The notes under the pieces: model-generated
The model's database searches: none
What the model was told of the DNA's origin: nothing
Seen by the model: only the letters and a program-made list of their open reading frames with translations
Origin: Octopus vulgaris
Lineage: Eukaryota
Assembly: GCA_951406725.2 (NCBI GenBank)
Contig: OX597816.1
Span: forward strand, 24,366,001-24,430,000
Reading direction: 5' to 3'
Length of the DNA stretch: 64,000 nucleotides
In this document: one piece after another, positions 42,582 to 54,350 of the stretch
How the letters are laid out: each line of letters starts with the position of its first letter
How positions within the stretch are numbered: the stretch's first letter is position 1
Position numbers and translations under genes: made by a program

Positions 42582-42783
42582 GTGGCGGTGATGATGACGA
42601 TGACGACGATGATGATGACGACGATGATGATGAGGATGATGATGATGATGGTGGTGGTGGTGATTAATAAGGATGATGATAGAAGAAGTAAAAAGAGATA
42701 AATTCGAAATAATTAACGTAGCTGAATTTCTTTGTGTGCCTGTATGAGAGTGAGTGTGCCTCTGGGTGTGTGTGCGTGCGTGC

Positions 42784-42817
<34 letters not shown>

Positions 42818-43206
42818 CTATGTAGTGTATAAATGTATGTGGTGTATAAATGCGTATGTGTGTGTGTGGTTTTGTTTTCTTTCCAACGTTATTATTCTCC
42901 GTTCCGTATATTATTTATTCGGTGCGTTCGGTTAAACTCAGCGAGTAAATATGAGATTACTTAAAATCAAGCTTGATTGAATGAAACAGCCAAAACAAAC
43001 GCAATGTTGAGCAAATATGAATATCTCTTTTTTTTCTGTGTGTGTGAGTGTGTGTGTGTATGTGTGTGTGTTTGTGTATGAAAGGGAGAGAGAGAGAGAG
43101 CGAAAGAGCTAGTGTATATCTGTATCTCTCTCTTTCTTTCTCTCTCTTCCTTTGTTTCTCTATCACTTAGTGACGCAAACAGAAACTTAATGTACATATG
43201 TGTGTC

Positions 43207-43271
<65 letters not shown>

Positions 43272-43278
43272 AATCAAG

Positions 43279-44492
43279 TATTGGGTTGTCCGGAAAGTTC
43301 GTGCCGATTTATAGTAGCTTACCTTTTGACTTATTTTAGAACATGGTTGAGTCCATAAAATAGGATTTGACTTCACCTCCATTTAGAGCACAGTTTAAGC
43401 TATCTTTTTGTGGAAGAAGGTTTATGTTCCTTTAACCTGTGTTAATTCTGTAACCCTTTAAAATGGAAGATAAGAAAGTTCATTTTCGGCACTTGATGCT
43501 TTTCTTTTTCCGTAAAGGGAAAAATGCCTCACAAGCAACCAAAGAAATATGCGCAGTTTACGGTGATGTTTCTTTATCCGAAAGAACTGTACGGAATTGG
43601 TTCGCAAGGTTCCGAGCTGGAGATTGTAGCCTTATTGATAAAGAGCGATCAGATAGACCATCCACTATAGATGATGACCAAATCAAGTCATTAATTGGGA
43701 ATAACCCACATTGCACAACCCGAGAATTGGCAGAAGGCCTCAACCTATCAAAATCCGTTGTTCATGAGCACCTGGGTACACAAATCGCTACGATGTTTGG
43801 GTACCACAGAAGTTGAGTGAGAAGAACCTTTTGGATCGCATTTCCATCTGTGATTCGCTTTATAAACGGAATGAAAACGCACCTTTTTTAAAGCAAATTG
43901 TGACAGGTGATGAGAAATGGATTATCTACCGAAGTGTTCAGAGAGAGCGATCCTGGAGTAAGCGACATGAGCCACCCTTAGCCACCTCAAAAGCGGGTCT
44001 TCACCCTAAAAATTCTTGCTTTGTGTATGGTGGGTTTGGAATGGAATCCTGTACTATGAGCTTCTCCCAAGTAACCAGACAATTAATTCTGAAAAATAGT
44101 GCACACAACTGGACGAGTTAAAAGCAGCAATTCAAGAGAAACGTCCATAATTGGCCAACTGGAAGGGTGTTGTTTTTCAACATGATAATGCAAGACCGTA
44201 CGTTTCTTTGAGAGCCAGAAAAAAATTGCTGTAGCTCGGCTGGGATGTGTTACCCCACCCTCCATATTCACCATATATTGCCCCTTCAGATTTCCACTTA
44301 TTCAGGTCTCTGCAGAATAATGGTAAAAATTTCAATTCCTTGGATGACGTAAAAAGATACCTTGATGAATTCTTTGCCATGAAACCACCTCAATTCTGGG
44401 AAGAGGGTATTTTCAAATTAAAGGAAAGATGGAGACGCATTGTGCAACAAAATGGTTCATATTTGGTCGATTAAAAATGTAATGGCAAGTAT
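43279..44492 (+). mobile_element. Mariner (Tc1/mariner) transposon with frameshifted transposase (43463-44474); 3' TIR lost
   Basis: TA + TTGGGTTGTCCGGAAAGTTCGTGCCGATTT TIR; HTH (ERTVRNWFARF), WVPQKL, TGDEKW, HDNARP and HPPYSPYIAPSDFHLF motifs in shifting frames. Confidence 0.92.
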
Positions 44493-44496
44493 TTAT

Positions 44497-44549
44497 TGAC
44501 CAAAGCCTTGTGAGTGGATTTGGTAGATGGAAACTGAAAGAAGACCGTC

Positions 44550-44599
<50 letters not shown>

Positions 44600-45350
44600 A
44601 TATATATATATACATGTTTGTATGTATGTATGTATGTATGTATGTATGTGTATATGTTTGTGCGTCTGTATTTGTCCCCCCAACATCACTTGACAATCGA
44701 TGCTAGTGTGTTTACGTCTCTGTAACTTAGCGTTTCGGCAAAAGAGACTTATAGAAGTACTAGGCTTGTAAAGAATAAGTCCTGGGGTCGATTTGCCCGA
44801 CTAAAGACGGTGCTCCAGCATGGCCGCAGTCAAATGACTGAAACAGGTAAAAGAGAAAAGAGTAAAAGAGTAAAAGAGATATACATACATATATACATAC
44901 ATACATACATACACACATACATACATACATACATACATACATACATACATACATACATACATACATACATACTCACGTATACTCTTTACTCCTTCTTTCA
45001 CTCTCTTACTTGTTTCAGTCATTTGACTGCGGCCATGCTGGAGCAGCGCCTTTAGTCGAGCAAATCGATCCCAGGACTTATTCTTTCTAAGCCTAGTACT
45101 TATTCTATCGGTCTCTTTTCCCGAACCGCTAAGTTACGGGGACGTAAACACACCAGCATCGGTTGTCAAACGATGTTGGGAGGGACAAACACAGACGCAC
45201 AAACACACACACACACATATATATACATATATACGACGGGCTTCTTTCAGTTTCCGTCTACCAAATTCACTCACAAGGCTTAGGTCGGCCCGAGGCTATA
45301 GTAGAAGCCACTTGCCCAAGGTGCCACGCAGTGGGACTGAACCCGGAACC
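44497..45350. mobile_element. Tail-to-tail inverted pair of SINE family C (44497-44878 +, 44985-45350 -)
   Basis: Consensus matches in opposite orientation, separated by (TACA)n. Confidence 0.85.
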
Positions 45351-45690
45351 GTATGTTCTCTTTGTTCTTTTTAATTTAAAGTAAATTTTGACGGCCACAT
45401 ACTTGATAGCAAGGTTGTGAAAAAAAAATATATGCATGAACTGAGGGAAGAACGATTGTCACCGATGTTATAAACATTTCGAAGGGAACATTCCAAGGAG
45501 ACAGTCCTTCTGTAATTCTGTTCCTTTCGGCATTAAATCCATTATCATTCCTGCTACAATATCAAATGATCACATGCTAGCATCGGCAGCTGCTAGAGAT
45601 ATTAATGAAACTCATAATTTATTTGAGATTCATGCTAAAACTTTTAATAATGTCAAAAATAGTTGGCATTAATAACATTTTCAGCTGACA

Positions 45691-46108
45691 TAGGCGCAGG
45701 AGTGGCTGTGTGGTAAGTAGCTTCCTAACCAACCACATGGTTCCGGGTTCAGTCCCACTGCGTGGCATCTTGGGCAAGTGTCTTCTGCTATAGCCCCGGG
45801 CCGACCAATGCCTTGTGAGTGGATTTGGTAGACGGAAACTGAAAGAAGCCTGTCGTATATATGTATATATATATGTGTGTGTGTGTTTTGTGTGTCTGTG
45901 TTTGTCCCCCTAGCATTGCTTGACAACCGATGCTGGTGTGTTTACGTCCCCGTTACTTAGCGGTTCGGCAAAAAAGAGACCGATAGAATAAGTACTGGGC
46001 TTACAAAGAATAAGTCCCGGGGTCGATTTGCTCGACTAAAGGCGGTGCTCCAGCATGGCCGCAGTCAAATGACTGAAACAAGTAAAAGAGTAAAAGAGTA
46101 AAGAGAGT
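45691..46108 (+). mobile_element. Full-length young SINE family C
   Basis: Near-consensus; similar copies at 50988-51390, 51450-51800 (older) and 60534-60905. Confidence 0.9.
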
Positions 46109-46619
46109 ATAGGAATGGTACTTAACCAAAAGAACTGTTCATATTTGATTGTTGAGCTTGGAAAATTAGTCCCTCAGACCCCAAATTTGTACATCAATGA
46201 CCTCATTATCTCTTCTACCTCACACAAAGATTGCTACAAGAACCTAGGAATTGATGGAATCATATCATGCGAAGGTACTGTGAATAAAAATAGAGTGATC
46301 CAAGAATATTATACCAGACTTAGAAAAATATGATAGATGAAACTCTCCTCTTACAAGACATGGCTCATAATGCTTTTGCAGTACCAGAGCTGGTTCCAAC
46401 ATTTGGGATGCTTGACTGGTCTGCTGAGGATATCCACTACATAGGCGATAAAACGCGCAAAATACTGATACCAACTAGAAATCTCCACAGAAATAATGAT
46501 ATTGATGGGTTCTACCTAAGAAGAGATGAAGGTGGTGGAGGTTTGAGATCAGTGCAGACAGCATTCTAATATCGTATAGTCTCTCTCAAACAGTACTTGC
46601 TAAACAACAGCAGCAAAAA

Positions 46620-47089
46620 GTGGAGGCACAATGGCCCAGTGGTTAGGGCAGCGGACTCGCGGTCATAAGAACGCGGTTTCGATTCCCAGACCGGGCGCTG
46701 TGAGTGTTTATCGAGCAAAAACACGTAAGCTCCACCAGGTGAACCCCGCTGTACTCTTTCACCACAACTTTCTCTCACTCTTTCTTCCTACTTCTGCCAC
46801 AAAGCAGAGGAACCATGGTGTAGCTCATTATGGTGTGGTAATCTTTCAGACCCTAATCTAGATTGCGAATCCTCTGTACCCCAGGATGGTTCAGCTCTCC
46901 ACCCGTTAAAAGCCATCGTTTACGGAATGAGGATAACAACGTAGCTTTCGCGCCCGTGCAACCGCCAGTCTATCGCATGTGGTGGGTGGATCTTCAACAG
47001 CATTCTTAGTAGTTTAGAGTAGGCTAAGAGTGGCTAACGGTGTGAGTCCTGATTGGAAGAAGAAGAAGAAGAAGAAGAAGAAGAAGAAG
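46620..47089 (+). mobile_element. Chimeric SINE: head H2 + unrelated 3' body + (GAA)n tail, with TSD
   Basis: ACAGCAGCAAAA flanks both ends (~46606 and 47090). Confidence 0.75.
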
Positions 47090-47299
47090 ACAGCAGCAAA
47101 AGGAAGGTATTAACTAAATGCTGGAAAGTGAAGAGAATAATATCCTACGTGTCGGTAGTGAGCTCCTCGGGAAGTACTCTCTTCTTGTTGACCGTCTTTA
47201 CAACGCTAAAACAGCTGGACTAACATACCTCAAAGAAGACCTGGATGTGAAATGCTCAGCATAATATATATATATACATTCAAAATGTGAGCGCGTGTG

Positions 47300-47483
47300 T
47301 ACCGTTGGCGATTTTTTCCCCTCCGTCTTCCCTTCCTTGGATCTTTCCTTTTCCTATGTTTCTGACGAAGAGTTCCGCTCGAAACGTTAAACCCTCCCTT
47401 TTTCCTTAGCGTCCAATAACACTATACTTGTTCCACGTCCTCGCGTTGTTGTGTTTTCTCTTTGTGCTTTCATGTTTGGATTA

Positions 47484-47490
<7 letters not shown>
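47300..47490 (+). mobile_element. PLE-terminus-like repeat family P2
   Basis: Second copy at 32498-32685; carries a hammerhead; 3' end runs into (TA)n. Confidence 0.75.
47358..47392 (+). ncRNA. Minimal type-I hammerhead ribozyme, canonical core
   Basis: GTTT-CTGACGA-A-GAG(TTCCG)CTC-GAAA-CG-TT-AAAC: stem I GTTT/AAAC, palindromic ACGT stem III. Confidence 0.75.
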
Positions 47491-47547
<57 letters not shown>

Positions 47548-47657
47548 CACATCCAGGTCTTCTTTGAGGTATGTTAGTCCAGCTGTTTTAGCGTTGTAAG
47601 GACGGTCAACAAGAAGAGAGTACTTCCCGAAGAGCACACTGCCGACACGTAGGATAT

Positions 47658-47709
<52 letters not shown>

Positions 47710-47739
47710 CATACATACATACATACATACATACATACA

Positions 47740-47772
<33 letters not shown>

Positions 47773-48209
47773 GCAGACATACATACGGACATACATGCAT
47801 GCATACAGACAGACATACATACAGACAGACAGACAGACAGCTATACGCACGAAAATGTTCTTTCATTACAGTAAACGTGACGAAAAACAATTTCCTTCAT
47901 TATTAAATGTATCTTTCGTTCACCACTAATTTTGTTGTTATATATTTACGTTTATGAAAACTCACCCAAAACGAAATATGCTCACGAGGAAGTCGTGTCT
48001 CTAACACGATTTTGATATTCGGTTGAAGTTAATTGATTTTATTTACTTTAAATAACGACTTTTTCCTGCACCAATAAATCTCGAGTTGTATAAGTATATA
48101 TGATACGTGTTCTATTGTGTTTATTCTTCTCTTTAATAATCAACATTTACTAGGACTGGAAAGGCAATTTATTTCACGTTGCACCACTCTTATCACCCAC
48201 AATGCATAC

Positions 48210-48627
48210 TCCTCTCTCTCTCTCTCTCTCTCTCTCTCCGTCTCTTTGTTTATCTGTCTGTCTTTCTCATTCTCTCTCTCTCTCTCTCTCCGTCCCTTTG
48301 TTTATCTGTCTGTCTTTCTCATTCTCTCTCTCTCTCTCTCCGTCCCTTTGTTTACCTGTCTGTCTTTCTTTCTCATTCTCTTTCTCTCCGTCCCTTTGTT
48401 TATTTGTCTCTCTCTCTCACACACACTCTCTCTCACACACACTCTCTCTCTCACACTCTCTCTCTCACACACACTCTCTCTCTCTCACACACACTCTCTC
48501 TCTCTCACACTCTCTCTCTCTCACACACACTCTCTCTCTCACACACACACACTCTCTCTCTCTCTCCGGCCTTTTGTCTGTTTGTCTGTCTCTCTCTCGT
48601 TCTCTCTCCCTCCGTCCCTTTGTCTAT

Positions 48628-48679
<52 letters not shown>

Positions 48680-49261
48680 CTCTTTGTCTGTTTATCTGTC
48701 TCTCTCTCTCTGTCTCTGTACCCCAGGATGGTTCAGCTCTTGACTTTGATTGTTGAGCTTGGAAAATTAGTCCCTCAGACTCCAAATCTGTACATCAATG
48801 GCCTCATTATCTCTTCTACCTCACACAAAGAATGCTACAAGAACCGTCCGTCCGTCCGTCTGTCTGTCTGTCTGTCTGTCTGTATGTATGTATGTATGTA
48901 TGTATGTATGTATGTATGTATGTATGTATATAATCCGTTCTGTCTGTCTGTGTGTGTCTTCTAGGATCTCGGGCATCCTCCATCCGATTGCGCTCAAATC
49001 ATATCGTGCGAAGGTACTGTGAATAAAGATAGAGTGATCCAAGAATATTATACCAGACTTAGAAAAATATGATAGATGAAATTATGAGATGGCCTTGTAC
49101 CAATGTAAAGAATCGTTATATATCAAAAATCGTACCTAAGCCATCTTCACTCGTCCGTCTGTTCACCCCCATCTGTTCACTCTCTCTCTCTATCTCTCTC
49201 TTAGTCATTTTTGTCTGTTTATCTGTCTGTCTCTCTCTCTCTCCGTCCCTTTGTTTGTTTA

Positions 49262-49302
<41 letters not shown>

Positions 49303-49416
49303 TTCTCTCTCCTCTCTTTGTTTATCTGTCTGTCTGTCTTACTCTTTCTCTCTCTCTCTCTCTCTCACTCTCTTTCTCTCTCTTTCTCTCTCTCTCTCAC
49401 TCTCTTTCTCTCTCTT

Positions 49417-49452
<36 letters not shown>

Positions 49453-50352
49453 ATTCTCTCATTCTCTCTCTCTCCGTCCCTTTGTCTGTTTATGGAAAGA
49501 ACTCTGGATAAATCGTGTGACTTCAGAAAGGGACTAATTCGTAGAAGATTAAATGCCGAATTGATACATGTATTTCTTTTTTTATAGCACCAGTCCTGAC
49601 ATTTTTTTATCATCCCTCCTACACACCTTTCCTATGTACTTAAAACAATTAGCATAGTACCTATCCCCTAGCCTTACTTGCTTATGAGCAACAGCTGTAC
49701 TTTTATGTAAAATGACAGTGAAACACAGGACAAAATGCCTTGTGGTATGTAGGTATGACCTGTAGCGCCCTCTCGGTTAATTAAATAAAAAACAATAAAA
49801 AAGGGATGTAGCTTGAGTGACCTTCCGTAGAATGTTCTGGAATATTCCATGAATTTCCGGATGACGTGAACATTTCATGAATTTCCGCTCCACGTAATTA
49901 TAAAAGGGAAAAACGAAAGTTAATCCTCCCTTTTTGCATTTGAGCTTTGGATGAGAAGCATTGTGCGTATGTAGGTGGTTCTTAGAACCGTCTTCCAGTT
50001 ATAAGATGTATGGTTTTTGTTTCAAGGTTTTCTTATATATTATGCTGCATACATAACATGGAGAAACTATTCTCTGTAAAATTGCAGCACACACCACAAT
50101 GAATAAAAACCATTATTTTATTCCTGTTTAAGGATTTTCTTAGAGTTGTTTAGCTGTCTCTCTGTCTGTCTCTCTCCGTCCTTTTATCTGTTTATCTCTC
50201 TCTCTCTCTCACTCTCTCACACTCTCCGTCTCTTTGTCTGTTTATCTGTCTCTCATTCTCTCTCTCTCTCTCTCCGCCCTTTTGTCTGTTTAACTGTCCC
50301 TCTCTCTCATTCTCTCTCTCTCTTTCACTCTCTCCGTCCCTTTGTCTGTTTA

Positions 50353-50393
<41 letters not shown>

Positions 50394-50576
50394 CCCTTTG
50401 TCTGTTTATCTGTCCCTCTCTCCCCGTCCCTTTGTCAGTTTATCTGTCTCTCTGTCTCTCTCTCTCTCTGTCTCTCCGTCCCTTTGTCTGTTTATCTGTC
50501 TGTCTCTCTCGTTCTCTTTCTCTCTCTCTCTCTCTCTCTGTCCCTTTGTTTATCTGTCTGTCTGTCTGTCTCTCTC

Positions 50577-50615
<39 letters not shown>

Positions 50616-50678
50616 GTCTCTCTGTCTCTCTGTCTCTCTGTCTCTCTGTCTCTCTCTCTCTCTCTGTCTCTCTCTCTA
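48210..50678. repeat. Three blocks of a CT-rich compound minisatellite (48210-48715, 49175-49492, 50153-50678)
   Basis: Recurrent unit CTCCGTCCCTTTGTCTGTTTATCTGTC(TC)n. Confidence 0.85.
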
Positions 50679-50850
50679 ACTCACGTCCTGAATGTTCTGT
50701 TGCGCAACAGTAAGGATTTTCTTCGAGTTGTTTCGCTCTGTTGAACGTTGAGGAGTTTTTCACCCAGAAGATGAATATGTTATCGTGATCCTGCCTTCAA
50801 AGCTTCCTTCAAAGTTTCCTTCAAAGCTAAATTAGTGTTTGGCACGCCAG
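49761..50850 (+). mobile_element. Possible LTR remnant interrupted by the CT minisatellite
   Basis: Starts TGTAG, has TATAAAAG at ~49899 and AATAAA at ~50102; PBS-like TGGCACGCC at ~50840. Confidence 0.3.
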
Positions 50851-53800
50851 AGATGTCTACTGGAGTAGACAACCCAACGTCTAATTCACTAAAGACGCTT
50901 TGCGTTCTAATTTCAAATTCTACCCGAGTCGATCTTGCCTTCATCCTTCAAAAGTCGCTAAAATAAATACTAACCAAGAATTGGAATCAGGAGTGGCTGT
51001 GTGGTAAGTAGCTTGCTTACCAACCACATGGTTCCGGGTTCAGTCCCATTGCGTGGCACCTTGGGTAAGTGTCTTCTACTATAGCCTCGGGCCGACCACA
51101 GCCTTGTGAGTGGATTTGGTAAACGGAAACTGAAAGAAGCCCGTTGTATAAATGTATATATATATCTGTGTGTATATGTTTGTGTGTCTATGTTTGTCCC
51201 CCCAACATCGCTTGACAACCGATGCTGGTGTGTTTACGTCCCCGTAACTTAGCGGTTCGGCAAAAGTAACCGATGGAATAAGTACTAGGCTTACAAAGAA
51301 TAAGTCCTGGGGTTGATTTGCTCGACTAAAGGCGGTGCTCCAGCATGGCCGCAGTCAAATGACTGAAACAAGTAAAAGAGTAAAAGAGTATATATAACCT
51401 ACTCCAAAATTTGTCATCTTAAGCCTATGAAAGAAATAATTCCGTTCTCATAGGTGTGGCTGTGTGGTAAGAAGCTTGTTTCTCAACAGCATAGTTCCGA
51501 TTCAGTCCCACTGTGTGGCACCATCTTTTACTATAGCTGCGGGCCAACCAAAGACTTGTGAATGGATTTGGTAGATGGAAACTGAAAGAAGCCCGTCGTA
51601 TATATGTATATTTCTGTGTGTGTGTCTTTGTCCTCCACCACTGCTTGACAACCGGTGTTGGTGAGTTTATATCTCCGTAACCTAGCGATTCGGCTAAAGA
51701 GACCGATAGAGCACTAGGCTTTAAAACATAATCCTACGGTCGATTTGTTCGACTAAAACCCTTCAATGCGGTACTCCAGCATGGCCGCAGTCAGATGCGT
51801 GAAGCAATTAAATGGTAAAAACAAGTTAGGGTAAATTGGCTGAAATAATAGAGTGTCATGCAAAAATGCCTCGTGTTATTAAGTTATGAAGCTTTATGTA
51901 GTGAATTCAGAACCTATAGAAGTCAACTTTTCTTTTTGTCCTTCCAATGTCAATAAAATAAATTTCCTGTAGAGAATTGATTCTTATATAATCTGCTACA
52001 CCCCGACCATGAAGTATTTAAGTTATGTTTATTGTTATTTAGTAGTGGTTAGTGATTTTCTTCACTACTTCAGGGAGTGACGACCCTGCCTGACATGAGT
52101 CACGGGCTCAGCTGGCTCCAGCTGACAGTACCCGGTATGGGTCCCTATCCAGAGTTACGGAAAGGAGACAATCTTTAAAGAAATCCGGAGTGGAGCCCCG
52201 TAGGTGGTTTAGTGTTCGACTCGACACTCTTCCGGCAGCTCTTGCAACCAAGCTGGTGCCAAACGTAATACTCTGCACTCCTTTGGACTATGTCAACAAG
52301 GTCGAGAGAGGAATCCTGACGATTGGGCTACCAAAGATTTTCTTACATCTAGCTCAGGCCTGCGCAGAACTGGAGAGGAAACGAAATGTAAAACCAGGCT
52401 GGATTAGTGTATGCGCAACTCCATTGTCTCCCGAGACAAAAGGATGCCAACAATTGTTATTTAGCTGTGAAGTTAGATTTGCAGATATATTAAAGAGTCG
52501 GGAAAATGCCGTACGGTATTTAGTGACAGCCTAAGGGCGCGGGTCCTTTAAACTCTACAGCACGGGCTTTCGTCCATTACCGTATGCGATAACTCCAATG
52601 TCATTTGTTTTTCATTATTTTTGTTTTTTATTATATTATACATTGGTCGGTCTTTGGACATTCCAACAGTGTCTCAGTTTATTTCTGAGGGCAGATTGCT
52701 AGTCTCTCGCACAAGCTCTCTCCATTTATGTTCCAAGTTCAAATTCCACCGAGATCGTCTTTTTCTTTTCATCCTTTCAGGGTCAACGACATAAGTACCA
52801 GTTGAGCACCGGGGATTGATATAATCGACTTATACCCTACCCCGAATTTGCTGTACTTGTACCAAAATATAAAACCGATATTTAAGTAGGTTTCTCTATG
52901 TTTTGTTTAAAGAAGGAGAGACAGTATTTGATTTTTATCCTCCCTGAGGGGTTCAATATAAATAACGGTAATAAAGATGTTCAATAGTTCTATCATCAAT
53001 ATTTGTTTCTTCAAATTATGTGATGGCCTTGTACCAATGTAAAGAATCGTTATATATCAAAAATCGTACCTAAGCCATCTTCACTCGTTTGTCTATTTAT
53101 CCATCTGTTCACCCCCAAAATCGGTTAATCTATTTGAGAAATGGAATAGAAACCTGTTAGTTGGCTTTTATGAATATGAAATAAAAGGAACTAGAATTTT
53201 TTTTTTTTTTTTTGGTTTGGTTTTTTTTTTTCATCAATCTCTACACAGAAGATAAAATCAAAAGCAATGAAAAACGAAGCAAAATAAAACCAGAGAAAAA
53301 GATGTAAAAAAAAAAAACAGAAAATATTCCAACAACAATACCAAAACGCACAGTTTCATAATGAAAGAATAATGGTAGAATGGAACAAACGAAAAAAAGA
53401 AAATATTCAACTCAGACATCAATAGAGTTCTCTTTTGGCATCAAGATGAAGCCAAATGAAGTGAAATATTAAAAAGAAAGACATGAATCGCGAACAATCT
53501 TTGAGAAGGTTGGTCGGTCGGTAGAGAGTCTTTCTATAGCAACAAGCAGACAATTAAGACATCGGCAGGTATGAAAACCGGAAAAGAAGAAGAACAAGAA
53601 GAACAAAAATATGGAATGTTAAAGAGAAAGGAATAGAAATGGTGTTAGATGAAAGAAGCTGAGCTTCTTTGTTTTCTTTCCTTCTTCCTCTTTTGTTTTT
53701 GTATATTTTTTTTTTGTTTTTAATCTCAATTCAATATTTAAAGTAGTTTTATTGAATGTTCGCAGCTCGGAAGTATTACTGAAGACCGTCGAAAGTTGAT

Positions 53801-54104
53801 TGCTTAATGCATCTATGTATTTCTACACACACACACAAATGCACGCGCACATATATATCTATATGCACATATACATACATACATACATACATACATACAT
53901 ACATACATACATACATACATACATACATACATGAATGTATGTATGGATATATGTACAGATATACAAACATGCACGTGCACCATACATATAAACCTTTATT
54001 ATAATTGAGAGATAATTGTCATCATCATCCTCATCATCATCATCATCATCATTATTATTATTATCATTATTATTATTATTATTATTATCATTATTATTAT
54101 TATT

Positions 54105-54324
54105 CTATGTTTGACTTTTGCTTTATATTTGTACAAGTTGGCTCCAAGTCTCACCCAGAGACCTTAAGAGACAACAGGTTGGAAGTTCGTGATGTTGTTA
54201 TGCCTAGTGTGCCATATATTTGGTTTTGTATTTTGTGTTGTACTAGTGAATGTCAAAAAAAAAAGCGAAAATTATGTTTGTTTTAAAACTTGAGATTACA
54301 TAGAAAGTATTTTGCGTAGGATAT
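54105..54324 (-). mobile_element. R4/Dong LINE extreme 3' end, subfamily A
   Basis: Minus strand NILRKILSM* plus 3' UTR, flanked by (TAA)n. Confidence 0.65.
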
Positions 54325-54350
54325 TATTATCATTATTATTATTATTATTA

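Larger units (their letters stand above)
45400..47251 (+). pseudogene. Old R4/Dong-like LINE RT remnant interrupted by SINEs
   Basis: KGTFQGDSPS.ILF..ALNPLS; YKNLGI; AHNAFAVP..FG.LDWS..KTRKIL..HRNNDID.FYLRRDEGGGGL. Confidence 0.75.

Noticed and set aside
52190-52534. 114-aa ORF as a host gene
   Set aside because: Non-ATG start, no recognisable domain or splice context; it crosses a probable repeat boundary.
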